64,000 nucleotides of DNA, from the NCBI GenBank assembly GCA_963845755.1, contig CAWJTV010000005.1:192001-256000 (forward strand), written 5' to 3'. Shown here one piece after another: positions 1-10,946 of the stretch; the first letter of the stretch is position 1; each line of letters opens with the position of its first letter. The notes under the pieces are model-generated. The model was not told where the DNA came from. It searched no databases and saw only the letters and a program-made list of their open reading frames with translations. A program made the translations under genes and the position numbers. The DNA is from an uncultured Planctomycetota bacterium (GTDB taxonomy: Bacteria; Planctomycetota; Planctomycetia; Isosphaerales; Isosphaeraceae).

Positions 1-1033
1 GGATCAGGCGAGCCGGGATATAGTGGCCGAGGGCCGCAAACTCGCCCGCCACGGCCAGCCTGAGGAGATTGTCTTCCGAGGTATACCCGGCCTGGATAAA
101 GGGCCGCTCGACCGCGATTTCACTGGCTACGGAGTTGCTCCCCGTGGTGCTGGCGAAATCGAATGAGAACACCAGCGACGGCTTCGGATCCGCCTTGAGG
201 CGCTCGGTCAGGAGTTTCCCCGCGACCTGGCTCTCCTGGGCGAAGCGGATCTCCTGGATCGAGGTCACTCCTGCCTCCTTGAGGGCATCGCGGACTGCCG
301 CGATTCGGTCGGGAAGCAAGGCATCCCCCGCTGTATTGATCAGGAAAACTTCGCCTCCCTCGGGTTTGAGCTTGGCATTCTTGGCATTGCGGATCGAGGC
401 GGTGACCAGGTGCCGGGCGGAAACGATGAACGGCGGAGGCGTCACGAGGATCGGGACTGGTCCGGTCGCAGCCCCCGGCGAGTCAGCGCCGCCGGACAAC
501 GGGCGGCCCACCAGTACGACGGGCACTTTCGCGGTACGTGCTTCCTGAATGGCCAGGGCGAGGTCCTTGTCCGCAGGGTTGGCTGGCTCGACGATCACGA
601 CCTGGGGACGCGGCTGCCGCGCGAGGGCCTCGCGAATCAGCGCGGCCTGACTCTTGGGCGTGGAGCCTGGCTTTCCCGAGCTTTCTGAGGCGACTTCCTC
701 TGCCGGGATCGGGAGGTGGATTCGAGCCTTGTCGTAGCCGGCCTGGACCCTCGCCGAGTTGGCCTCCACATCGAGCTCGCTGCGATCCAGGTCGGGGTTC
801 AGTATCACTTCGATACTTTTCACGCCCGACCCCGCGGACCCCAGCAAGTTGGGATTTGTCGGCGTGGATCCCGAAACCAAGCCCGGAGAATTGCCACGCT
901 CGGCCGCCCTCAGCTCCGGCGGTGGCGGAGGCGCGAAGTCGACCGAGTCGCACCCGATCGAAGGAAGCCCCATCAGGGCGGCCGCGAGTCCAAACCACAC
1001 TCTGGAATTCGAAATCCGAAACCACAACGGCAT
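1..1033 (-). CDS. Periplasmic sugar-binding (RbsB/LacI-type) domain lipoprotein, 3' end outside window
   Basis: Translated by hand (absent from the ORF track because it runs off the edge): MPLWFRISNSRVWFGLAAALMGLPSIGCDS... with a lipobox-like SIGC, then ...QVVIVEPANPADKDLALAIQEARTAKVPVVLVGR...DRIAAVRDALKEAGV..., typical of type I periplasmic binding proteins. GGGAG RBS upstream. Confidence 0.65.
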   Translation of the reverse strand, partial: MPLWFRISNSRVWFGLAAALMGLPSIGCDSVDFAPPPPPELRAAERGNSPGLVSGSTPTNPNLLGSAGSGVKSIEVILNPDLDRSELDVEANSARVQAGYDKARIHLPIPAEEVASESSGKPGSTPKSQAALIREALARQPRPQVVIVEPANPADKDLALAIQEARTAKVPVVLVGRPLSGGADSPGAATGPVPILVTPPPFIVSARHLVTASIRNAKNAKLKPEGGEVFLINTAGDALLPDRIAAVRDALKEAGVTSIQEIRFAQESQVAGKLLTERLKADPKPSLVFSFDFASTTGSNSVASEIAVERPFIQAGYTSEDNLLRLAVAGEFAALGHYIPARLI

Positions 1034-1272
1034 GAAGATCTCCCTGGTGGCTACTGGCTAGTGGCGAGTGACTAGCAGGTCGTTTATAAGGATGATATGA
1101 CGTTCATTTCCGCTTGAGCCCGCCTCGCTTCAGAGCCGACGCTCCGAGGTCCCAAGCTTCCTCATCATACTCGCCCATCGCCCTTCGACACCAGTGAGCC
1201 GTCAACCCCTTGATGGACACGGTGGGGTGCGATCCTCATGAGGAAAAGGCCGGCTGAAGGTAACGCCAACCA

Positions 1273-3324
1273 CTAACGACGTCGCCCGGACCTGGTCTTG
1301 GCACGGGATCGGGCTCCCTCCGCCTGCGGGGTTGCGGCGGGACGTCGAGGACCGTCACCCTGGGACGAACGAAGCTCGAGGATCTTGTCCCGGAGGGCCG
1401 CGGCGCGTTCGAATTCTAGCTTTTCGGCCGCCTCGAGCATCTCGGCCTCGAGGGCGGTGAGGTACTCTTCGGTAGCGTCAGTGGCCTCGTCGCGGCCGGC
1501 GGCCTTGCGCACGATGGTCCTGGCCTGGATCTGCTCCTCGATGCCCCGACGGATCGCTTTCTTGATCGACTCGGGCGTGATGCCGTGCTCCTGGTTGTAG
1601 GCGAGTTGCAGGGTGCGCCGGCGGTTGGTCTCGTCGATGGTGCGCTGCATCGAGGCCGTGATCTTGTCGGCGTAAAGTACGACCTCGGCGTTGACGTGGC
1701 GGGCCGAGCGACCGATGGTCTGGATGAGCGAGGTCTCGCTGCGGAGGAAGCCCTCCTTGTCGGCGTCGAGGATACAAACCATCGACACCTCGGGCAGGTC
1801 GAGCCCCTCGCGCAGCAGGTTGACGCCCACGAGGGCATCGAAGGCCCCTTCGCGCAGCTCGCGGAGGATACTGACCCGCTCGAAGGCATCGAGCTCCGAG
1901 TGCAGCCACTTGCAGCGCAGGCCCTGCTCCTTGAGGTAGCGCGACAAATCCTCGGCCAGGCGTTTGGTGAGGGTCGTAATCAGGACCCGCTCGCTCCTGG
2001 CCGCTCGGGCCCTGATCTCGTTGAGGAGCGCCGGGACCTGCCCGCGCGCGGCTCCACGCGCACGATCGGGTTGACCAACCCCGTCGGCCGGATCACCTGC
2101 TCGACGACCTCGCCGCCGGACATCGCGACCTCGTAGTCGCCCGGCGTGGCCGAGACGTACAGCCGCCGCTCGAATTTCTTCTCCCACTCGTCGAACCGCA
2201 AGGGTCGGTTGTCCAGTGCACTGGGGAGCCGGAACCCGTGGTTCGACCAGCGTGCTCTTGCGGCTGAAGTCGCCGGCGAACATCCCCCGGATCTGTGGGA
2301 CGGTCACATGCGATTCGTCCAGGAAGATCAGGCTATCGGCGGGGAAGAAGTCGAGTAGCGTACTGGGGGTCTCACCCGGCTTGCGTCCCGAGAGGGGCCG
2401 GGAGTAATTCTCGATGCCCGAGCAATATCCGACCTCGAGGAGCATCTCCATGTCGTATCGGGTCCGAGCACCCAGTCGCTGGGCCTCCAGGAGTTTTCCT
2501 TGCTCCTTCAGTTCCTTGAGCCGCTGCTCCAGCTCCTCGTTGATGGCCTCCACGGCCCCCTTGATCCGCTCTTCGGGTAGGACGAAGTGCTTGGCCGGGT
2601 AGACGTACATCTCCTGGTGCGTCTCCAGGACGGAGCCGGAGACGGGCTCGATCGTCGCCAGCCGCTCGACCTCGTCGCCAAACAGCTCGATCCGGTAGCC
2701 GAACTCCTCATAAGCCGGCCAGAGCTCGACGACATCGCCGCGCACGCGGAATTTACCCCGTTCGAACGACACGTCATTCCGGTCGTACTGGATATCCACG
2801 AACTTCCGAAGCATCTCGTCGCGGTCGATCATATCTCCCAACTTAAGCCGAACCATCATCTTGCGGTAGTCGTCCGGCGAACCTAACCCGTAAATGCACG
2901 ACACGCTGGCCACGACAATCACATCGTCGCGACTGACCAGCGCGCTGGTGCAGGCCAGACGGAGGCGCTCGATCTCGTCGTTGATCGCGGCATCCTTCTC
3001 GATATAGATGTCGCGCTGAGGGATATACGCCTCGGGCTGGTAATAGTCGTAGTAGCTGACGAAGTATCGCACGGCGTTGTGCGGGAAGAAGTCCTTGAAT
3101 TCGGCATAGAGCTGGGCGGCCAGGGTCTTGTTGTGCGACATGACCAGCGCGGGACGCCCATACTGGGCGATCACGTTGGCCATGGTGAACGTCTTTCCAG
3201 AGCCGGTGACCCCCAATAGCGTTTGATTGGATCGCCCCTTGCTCAGTCCATCCACCAGGCTCTCGATCGCCTGAGGTTGATCGCCGGCCGGCGGGAACGG
3301 GCTCACAAGCTGGAATTTGGACAT
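1273..3324 (-). CDS. uvrB: Excinuclease ABC subunit B (two compensating frameshifts near 2240 and 2050)
   Basis: [57 protein letters not shown] and a C-terminal UVR domain. The missing conserved segment ([30 protein letters not shown]) lies in the alternative frame 1980..2201. Confidence 0.97.
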   Translation of the reverse strand: MSKFQLVSPFPPAGDQPQAIESLVDGLSKGRSNQTLLGVTGSGKTFTMANVIAQYGRPALVMSHNKTLAAQLYAEFKDFFPHNAVRYFVSYYDYYQPEAYIPQRDIYIEKDAAINDEIERLRLACTSALVSRDDVIVVASVSCIYGLGSPDDYRKMMVRLKLGDMIDRDEMLRKFVDIQYDRNDVSFERGKFRVRGDVVELWPAYEEFGYRIELFGDEVERLATIEPVSGSVLETHQEMYVYPAKHFVLPEERIKGAVEAINEELEQRLKELKEQGKLLEAQRLGARTRYDMEMLLEVGYCSGIENYSRPLSGRKPGETPSTLLDFFPADSLIFLDESHVTVPQIRGMFAGDFSRKSTLVEPRVPAPQCTGQPTLAVRRVGEEIRAAAVRLGHAGRLRGRDVRRRGRRAGDPADGVGQPDRARGAARGQVPALLNEIRARAARSERVLITTLTKRLAEDLSRYLKEQGLRCKWLHSELDAFERVSILRELREGAFDALVGVNLLREGLDLPEVSMVCILDADKEGFLRSETSLIQTIGRSARHVNAEVVLYADKITASMQRTIDETNRRRTLQLAYNQEHGITPESIKKAIRRGIEEQIQARTIVRKAAGRDEATDATEEYLTALEAEMLEAAEKLEFERAAALRDKILELRSSQGDGPRRPAATPQAEGARSRAKTRSGRRR

Positions 3325-4569
3325 GGATGAGAGATCCCGAATCGCGATGGGAGGCGTTGCAATCCCGTCATTATTCGTTTCCGACCCCCGGCTGCCAACT
3401 ACAATCGTGGGTGTCGTCTCTTGACCGGCTCGATCGACTCAATCAAGGTCACTGCACGCACGCATTCATGCCGAGTGTGGGTTTATTTCATGAGTCGGGG
3501 CCAGTTTGCTGGGTTCGTTCCTTGAGTTTCGGGGTCGCGCTGGCTTCGTTTCGCGAGATAGGGCTGGGCGGTTGGGTTCGTTCTTGGGGTTCGAGTGATC
3601 CTTTGGGTCCGTTCTTCGAGTTTTGTAATTGTTGCGAACCTGGATCATCCATCGTCACAAGCTTTCTGCCAAAGGCTGGATCCTGATGGTTCTATTCTAA
3701 TGTATAGCGAGTCGGATTCCATCCGAGGATTCCGTTTTGGGACATGGACCCAAGTTGGTGAGGACCTATGGTTTTGGGTGAGTGCAATCGATCACAGGCG
3801 CAGGCTCGATGGAGGGTTGCAATCATCCAGTAAGTCCGCCAGCCAACGATCGAAGTCCTCGGCGATCCCCACGGGGACAGCGCGGTAGTGGGATTGCCGG
3901 TCCCCAGGACCCCCTCAACGCCGCGAAGTACGGGGACTACCCGGCGCCCGGCTCGTTCGACTCCCAGGGACCGGCCTGAGGCGCGGATCGTGGCACAACG
4001 TGGCACGCTCAGTCATAAAAGGAGAACGCGCCCCTCCCTGATCTTGTTGGCCGGAACCGAGTTCGGTACGAACGCCTGCCGGGTCAATCCGGTCGAGTTT
4101 GGCGACCGGTCGCCGACGGGTTATGGTATCCCCGGACATGAGTTTTTGGCGCCTCGGAGACGGCGGGAAAGTGATTGTGCGCACCTCTACTTTTCAGTAT
4201 GCCTCAACTTTGGAAAACCGTTAATGCACCTAGTCACGGATGCACGATTTTTGCGCCCGAACGATAAACAGCGGTAAGAGATAGAGATTTTCGCAAAAAA
4301 AAATTGATAGGAGACTGCGCGGCTGCGTCGGCCTCTTGACGGCAGAGGAAGGAATGGAGGACTGGTGTGAACCGAGCGGAGGGCCTCCTCGCGGCCAGCT
4401 CGGCGCCAGCGCTGACGGGCACGGGGACGGATGGTTTTCGGCGAGGACTCTCTACATTCGTCGCGTTTTTCCAGGACCATGATGACTGCGCGGCTGCATT
4501 CTGCTCGAGGCTCGCGGTCGTGGTTCGTCCGACGGTTGAAACGTCTGACCCTCGTCGTGGAAGATACGA

Positions 4570-6660
4570 TCACACGATCGCCCAGAAGGGGCGCCCATCG
4601 GGGGTTCGCTTCGGGTGAAGTCGAATGCGCGATCGGGGATCGGTGTTCTGCCCCAGCAGGTGATACATGTCGTAGAGGACGCCGTGAGCCTCGGCGAAGT
4701 AACCGTGCCCGAGGATGGAGAGGTCCAACCCGGTGACCTCGACCGTATCGATGCCATCGACGACCGTGACCGGCGGGGCATACCCCACGCGATCGAACTG
4801 GTGAATCCAGTGCGAGGCTTCCAGGGCGCGGTCGCGAGCGGAGACATAGAGCGTTGTCCGCTCCGAAATCTTGGGATAGAGGGTTGCCAGGTCGCGGAAA
4901 AGGCCGACGTCGAGATCGGGAGCTGCGAGGAACATCTGGCCGAAGCGAATTCCCGCCGTTGAGGCTGCCTGGGCTGTGATCCGCTGGATCGCCCGCAATA
5001 GGCCGCGGTTGCCCATGCTGTGGGCGATCACGTGAAGGCGGGCCGCGCCGCTGTCGGTCGCGAGGTGGACGAGGAAATCAGTGATCGCGGCCTCGCTGGC
5101 CTCGATGCTGGCTTCATCGGAAGCATAGCCTTTGAGTGCGCCCCGCGACGGCCAACTGAAGAACGACATCGCGCCCGGGACTTTCAGGTCGAAGCCGATC
5201 TGGGCCGCGCGGATGGCTGCCTCGTCGAACGAGACGTTGTATCCGTGCAGATAGACAAGGACCTGCGGCTCATCAGCATCGTCCGGGGTCAGCTCGCGCC
5301 GGATGGCCTTCCAGAATGCGTCCCTGGCGATCTCATCCCGCTGGACGATGCGGAGCCGATCATCTTTCCAGATGAGCCAGCGCTTCCACCAGGCGGAGCC
5401 GACCGAACCGAACTGGTGCGACTTGGGGATCGCGACCAGACATTTCCCGTAATGAACGACGTTCTGACTCTCGCGATCGCCGGAATACCCCGCGGACGTA
5501 TCGGACGAATCGCGATAACTCCGATTGGTACCGTACCAGACCGGGTAGACGCGAGGGAGACTCGCATCGGCGCTGTATTTCGCGACGCTGGTTCCTCCGG
5601 CCTCAAGCCCTTTCGACGACCCGCCGCCACCCTTCTTGGGACGATGGCCACCCATCCCAACGAACTCCAAGCCCTCCGAGTCAATCTCACGGGTGATCTC
5701 ATTCCGATCGCCCAGGATGATGATGTTGCCGGAGACATCTCCGCCGGCGGCGAATGACCGTTCCCCGATGGCCTGGACGATCCGCCCGATGGTCACATGG
5801 GCTTGCTTTTCGTAGGCCGACCACCCACCCGCCGGGAGTCCCTTACCACCGCGGAGGAGCGCCACGGGGAAGTCCGTCGTGGCGTTGTAATCGAAGTGCG
5901 GCTCTTGCTCGGCGTTGCAAAGTTTCCGAGCACTCTCGGGCACGGCCTTGCCCAGGTAATTCATCAGGTCGGAGAGTTTGACGGTCGTTTCGCCCGGCCG
6001 ATTGTTGGCACCTTGCAGGGCCTCGATGAGGTGGTAGGTGTAGACGCTCATCGTCCCATCGGGCCGCACCCACGACTTTTGTTGGCCACCCGATGAGGTG
6101 AAGACGGCTCGCCCCGCGCCCTGTTTGAGCACATCAACCACCGCCTTGGGTGGGGGCGCCGGGACAAGATCCTTGGGGAACTTGATGGCGGCTTGACCCC
6201 CTTTGGCCGTGGCCATACCCTCGGCGTGGCAGCAATCCAGGATTGCCAGCAGCCGCTCTGCCTTGATCCGGCGCAGTAGCTTGATGAACTCCGGTGCCGG
6301 AATGGCCGAGCGGGGAACGTCGAGCGGATCGGCGTCATGAGGGATCAGGAAGTAGCGGCTGGTCCCCTTATTGAGCCAGCCATGGCCGGAAAAGTAGACG
6401 ACCGCGGTCGCGTGCGGGTCGGCGGCGACTTGCTGGGCCAGCCAGTCCAGTCCCTCAAGGATCGCGTCGCGAGTGGCCTGTCGATCGTGAAGCAGCCGCA
6501 CATGGTCTTCGGGATAGGCGCAGAGGCTCTGGTCGATGAGCACGGCCTGGATCGCCTGGGCGTCCTTCACGGTCACTGGGAGTGACCACTTATCGTACTG
6601 GGCCTGCCCGACGCCGATGAGCAGGGCGTATCCTTGATCGAAGGTCTCGGCCATGAACAC
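4570..6660 (-). CDS. Caspase-family (peptidase C14) domain + short shared motif + DUF900-type alpha/beta hydrolase fusion
   Basis: N-terminal YALLIGV, His in YFSGHG and Cys in ILDCCHA. C-terminal VWYGTNR, YLHGYN, FSWPS, nucleophile HVIAHSMG, LAAPD, GHGY. Intact 696-aa ORF; the start may be ATG 6654. Confidence 0.9.
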   Translation of the reverse strand: MFMAETFDQGYALLIGVGQAQYDKWSLPVTVKDAQAIQAVLIDQSLCAYPEDHVRLLHDRQATRDAILEGLDWLAQQVAADPHATAVVYFSGHGWLNKGTSRYFLIPHDADPLDVPRSAIPAPEFIKLLRRIKAERLLAILDCCHAEGMATAKGGQAAIKFPKDLVPAPPPKAVVDVLKQGAGRAVFTSSGGQQKSWVRPDGTMSVYTYHLIEALQGANNRPGETTVKLSDLMNYLGKAVPESARKLCNAEQEPHFDYNATTDFPVALLRGGKGLPAGGWSAYEKQAHVTIGRIVQAIGERSFAAGGDVSGNIIILGDRNEITREIDSEGLEFVGMGGHRPKKGGGGSSKGLEAGGTSVAKYSADASLPRVYPVWYGTNRSYRDSSDTSAGYSGDRESQNVVHYGKCLVAIPKSHQFGSVGSAWWKRWLIWKDDRLRIVQRDEIARDAFWKAIRRELTPDDADEPQVLVYLHGYNVSFDEAAIRAAQIGFDLKVPGAMSFFSWPSRGALKGYASDEASIEASEAAITDFLVHLATDSGAARLHVIAHSMGNRGLLRAIQRITAQAASTAGIRFGQMFLAAPDLDVGLFRDLATLYPKISERTTLYVSARDRALEASHWIHQFDRVGYAPPVTVVDGIDTVEVTGLDLSILGHGYFAEAHGVLYDMYHLLGQNTDPRSRIRLHPKRTPDGRPFWAIV

Positions 6661-6693
6661 CTCGCGATTGGGGTGGTTCGCTCCGTCCGTGGC

Positions 6694-9600
6694 TCACGGC
6701 CACCAGCGGCCGACTTCTTCGATTGCAGTACAGGTCTCGGCGATCGCTTCTGAACCGCCCAGGCGCGGGATCAGCGGCGCGAGCGACGCGAGGTCGGAAA
6801 GGAGGTCGCTGCGCGATCGCGTCGCGAGAAGTCGGAGCGTTTCTGACCAAAGTAGGGACAGCCGTGTGTGTGGCAGCGCCGCCAGCCGGGGTGCCACTGC
6901 CGTCAGGGCAGCAGCCCGGGACTCGTTGTGCTGAATATCCCGCGCCACCGCCGACGCCTCATCCACTCGACCCAGCGCCGCTAGTGTACGAGCCAGCACC
7001 CAGTCGTCGCCGATCCGCCTCGCGTTTGCCAGTGCGTCATCGGTCTGGCCCAACTCCGCCAGGCGGGGTAACAGCGCTGCCAGGGCGTGTACGCGGCCTA
7101 ACTCGTCGCCGGTGCTCCGTGCTATCGCCATCGCCGCCTCCACTTGACTCAGCTCCGTCAGGCGCGGCGCCACCGACGCCAAGGCGGCGACCCGGGCCCA
7201 CGGGTCGCCTGACTCTCGTGCGATCCCTAGCGCCTCATCCACTTCACCGATCGTAGCCAGGCCCTGGCCCGAGCCCACTCCCGCTCGATCCCCCGCGCCA
7301 GCAACAGTGCCTCCTCAAGCCGACCCACATCCGCCAATCGAGGCGCCAACTCCGCGAGAGCGAAGGCCCGGGCAGACTCATCGGCGACCCCATGCGCCAG
7401 ACTCAACGCTTGCTCGAACCGGCCCGCATCCGCCAGCCGGGCGCCAACTCTGCGAGGGCGAAAGCCCGGGCCGACTCGTCGCTGATCCCCCGGGCCAATG
7501 CCAACGCGTCATCGACCTGACCGAGCTCCCCAAGGGCGCGGGCCCGGGCCGACTCGTCGCCGATCCTCCGTGCCATCACGAGCGCATCATTGGTCCGACC
7601 CAACCTCGCCAGGTGGGGTGCAAACTTCGCCAGGACATTGTCGCGGGTTCGTTCGTCACCGATCCCCCGGACCACCGTGAGCGCCTCCTTCACCCGATCC
7701 GCATCCGCCAGGCGGGGCCAATGCTCCCAGGTCCCGGGCACGCTGCCACTCGTTTTTGATCTCCCGCACTGCTCGTATCGCTTCATCGACTCGGCCTGCG
7801 TCCGCCAGCCGGGCGCCAGGTTCGCTCGTGCAGCAGCCCGAGCCTGCACGGGTTCGATCTCCATCACTACTCCAATGCCCTATCCAACTGTCCGAGTTCC
7901 GCCAGGCGAGGCATCAGCGCCACAAGCGGCAAGGATTTGAGCGCCCATCGTCCTCGATCGTCGAGTGCCACCGCGAGCGACCGCCTGACCCGATCCGCAT
8001 CCGGCAGAAGGCGCCATCTTCACCAGGGCGAGGGCCCGGGACCCCTCGTTCGGATCTCCCGGGCCACCGCCAGCGCCTCATCCGCCTGACCAATCGCCGC
8101 CAGGCGCAGGCCCGAGCCCACTCAGGCCCGATTCCGGCGTAAGCGCCATCGCGACATCGACCCCGACCAGTGCCGCGAGTCGTGGCGCCAGCGCCGCCAG
8201 GGCACCGGCCCGGCACCCTTCGTCATCGATTCGCCGCGCCGCCGCCAGCGCCCGGTTCGACATGGGCGGGCTCCGCCAAGTGAGGAGCCATCTCCTCAAT
8301 AGCGATGGCCCGGGTGCTTTCGGCGGCGATTCCGCCTGCCACCGCCAGCCGCCTCATCCACGTGACCGAGCTTTGCCAAGGCGACGGCCCGCATCCTGCT
8401 CACCCCCGATTCTCCGCGCCGCCGCCAACGCCTTTTGCAGCACCGTCCGCCTCTCGTGGTGATCGTAGATGGGGGGTGATCCCGATGATGGCATCGACTC
8501 CTTCTTCCGGTGGCAAAGACCGGCGTAGGCAAGGCCCTGCGAAGCGGACCAGATCCCTTTCTCAACAAAGGCGGCGAGCAGGGCCGGAGGGATCTTCCGA
8601 GCCAGGCTATTGAGGGACGTGGACATCAAGGCATAACGAATCTCCAGTCCGATGCATGCCTTGTGCTGGCTCGGCTCGGCGCCCGGCCGATCGACGACTT
8701 GCACCAGTCGTGCGGCCCGATCAAGTCGTTCATGTACCCCGACGCGGGCTGGTCCAGACGTGCTCGCGGGACTGTGTACCAGACATTCTCAGTACGGACC
8801 GAACCACAGTCCTCGGCCCCGTCGACCCGCCTCTCTAGTCGGAGCAAGCGGTGGAGGTCGTCGAAGCGGCCGGCCCGTTCGAGGTGCTCGGCCATATGCC
8901 GCAGGCCGTAGCCATCGAGATCCACTCTTCTGCGGGGTCGAACAAGGCGGGAAGGCCCGCGTCCAGGCCACCCCAGGCGAGACAGGTAGAGGGTCGCGAC
9001 CCGATCGTGCGTCGCGCCGAGGTGGACCATGTCTTCCTCGTCCAAGAAATCGACAAACGACTGGTGAACGACGCGCCATCGCTTGCGGTCGGCCTCTGGC
9101 ATCATGGCTCAGGAATCGTCGCCATCGTCTCAGCGCCGCGTTCCTCGATCTCTGCGGGCGAGCGGTTGACCCACGAAGGCCAGCCAGGATGCCGACACCG
9201 CCTCGCGGGCCGCGGCCAGGAATGCGATCACGGGTTTATAGAGACTCTCCCACTCGGCCCAGCCCTCCTGGCCCCGCACCTGCTCCATCTGCTTCCAGAA
9301 CTGCTGATAGTAGCCCCGCAGGCCGAGCGGGAGTGACTCGAGGTCGAGCGGGTCGAAACCCGGCTCGCGCGCGGCGATGTCGGCCAGGACGTAGTCGAGA
9401 TACTTGAAATTGCCCTCGCTCTTGTCCTTCAGGAACGCAACGAATTGCTCGATCGAGATCGGCGGTTTCGCTGCCTCCCGCGCCTGGAGGATCTCAGGCT
9501 GGTCTGCCTCCTGGTTGAGATAGGCGACGAGATCCTCCTGCTGGGCGGCGTCGTCGGAGGTGATGAGGTAGTCCTCGTCGGCCGTGCCCGCATCGGTCGT

Positions 9601-10754
9601 GAGAGAGATCTCGCCGGGGCGATGGGTCAGGAGCATGTAGACGCCGCGCAGGGAGCCGAGTCGGGAGCAGCAGCGTGTTGCGGCCCGGCTCGAGGGGATC
9701 GGCCTCATCGAGGGCGTCAACGACGATCCAGACCGGCCCCTCTGCCTTGGCGGCGGCCTCGGAGAGCACCTTGCCCAGGAACGACGAGTCCTCGCCCGCG
9801 CGGGCCGGCAGGTGGTCGTGGGCCAGGCCGAAGCGGGCAATCAATTCAACGGCGAGGTGGTTGAGGCACTGGTCGGGACGGGTCAGGCCGCCGACTGGCA
9901 ATGGTGAAGAAGGCGGGCGCTTTCAGCCGCTTGGATGCTTCCGCGGCGATCGCCGTCTTGCCCAGGCCGGCGTCGGCCACGACCCGGAAATAACCGCAGG
10001 GATGCCGCTTGGCGAAGGCGTCCAGGCGTCGGAAAAGTTCAGCCCGGCCGACGAATCGCTCTGACACCTTCTTGATCAGGTCATCGAAGTCGATGGCATA
10101 GTCTTTGAGCGAAGGGTAGAGTTTGACGATGGTCTGGTAGACGTCGCCGATCTGAAAGACGTTATCCCGAGCATCGCCGCCGATCGCGAAAGCTCGTTCC
10201 CCGATGGCTTTCGCCACGTGGGCTGGAGAAGGAAGTTCTTCGATCTCGGTCCGAGCCATTTCCTCGGTCGCCCCCCCAGTGTCGTGCTCGGAAAGCCACT
10301 GGCCCAGATCGGTTGCGACCTTGGCTTGCAGATCATCGGGATCGCAAAAACGCGTGGCGTTGCCGCTCTGGATCAGCTCGGACGCAAGGCCGGATCGCGC
10401 TGCCGATGACTTGGACTTTCCCCTCCCGCGCTTGGCGGCCGTCTTTGGCTCATCCTTGACATAGATCAGACAGCGTAACTCGTGCTGATTCGCGCGGCGG
10501 TACTCCGGTTCGAAATGGATTGCGGACGCCTGACCGCCAAGGAAGCCGATGTAGAGCTGGCCCCGGGACGGTTCGAACGGCCTTGTGCCCGTCCCCTCAT
10601 CGTCGTCGAAGGCGACCCACTCCAATCCGGGGAAAGTCGTCTCGCGGAGCCGCATCAGGGTTCGCTCGACCGCCGCGCGCTCCGGCGCCAGTTTGGACGG
10701 CACGGAGCCGAGCACGATTCGGATGAGTCTCGGTCGGTCCGTTCCGGCTTCCAT
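6694..10754 (-). CDS. STAND/NLR-like NTPase: degenerate DUF4062 - motif - NACHT/AAA NTPase - helical domain - C-terminal TPR-like repeats (about 1350 aa, multiply frameshifted)
   Basis: Joined frames 9846..10754, 9494..9901, 9130..9840, 8626..9105, 8789..9079, 8354..8704, 7403..7867, 6694..7278. FVGRAEL, Walker A ADAGLGKT, Walker B WIVVDALDE, SEGNFKYL, LPLGLRGYY, HQSFVDFL, YGLRHMAEHL, repeats DEALxxARxIGDxxxRxxALAxLAPRL, ends GRWWP. RBS GAAGGAG before ATG 10754. Confidence 0.82.
6760..8450 (-). repeat. Degenerate tandem TPR-like coding repeats in the NLR C-terminus
   Basis: Recurrent DNA blocks such as gcccgggccgactcgtcgc-gatc (about 7464 and 7541) and repeated peptide units AxxIGDESARA-AL-ELG-VD-AL. 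Confidence 0.7.
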
Positions 10755-10813
10755 CGGTCTCCTTCGGACTCGCGGTGCGTCGCGGCCCTCTCGACCATCA
10801 CATGCGCAATCCG

Positions 10814-10842
10814 ATTATCCAGTCTCAATCGACCTGCGGCAA
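10814..10842 (-). promoter_or_regulatory. Putative sigma70-type promoter of the NLR-caspase operon
   Basis: Minus strand TTGCCG-17 nt-GATAAT, about 60 nt upstream of ATG 10754. Confidence 0.4.
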
Positions 10843-10946
10843 CGACCAAGTCGAGAGCAGCTCCGAGGTGTCTTCGGTTGACGAGGGCCACATCGTCAAT
10901 GGGAGCGCTGCGCGGAAACCTTGCCGGGAAGTGGCCGAGACAGATG

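Noticed and set aside
3327..4569. Short ORFs between uvrB and the caspase gene (including an NEPN-like low-complexity stretch at 3466-3648 and a faint VVPVLR/EDFDRWLADLL fragment)
   Set aside because: No continuous frame with a recognisable domain or RBS. These may be decayed remnants but cannot be called.
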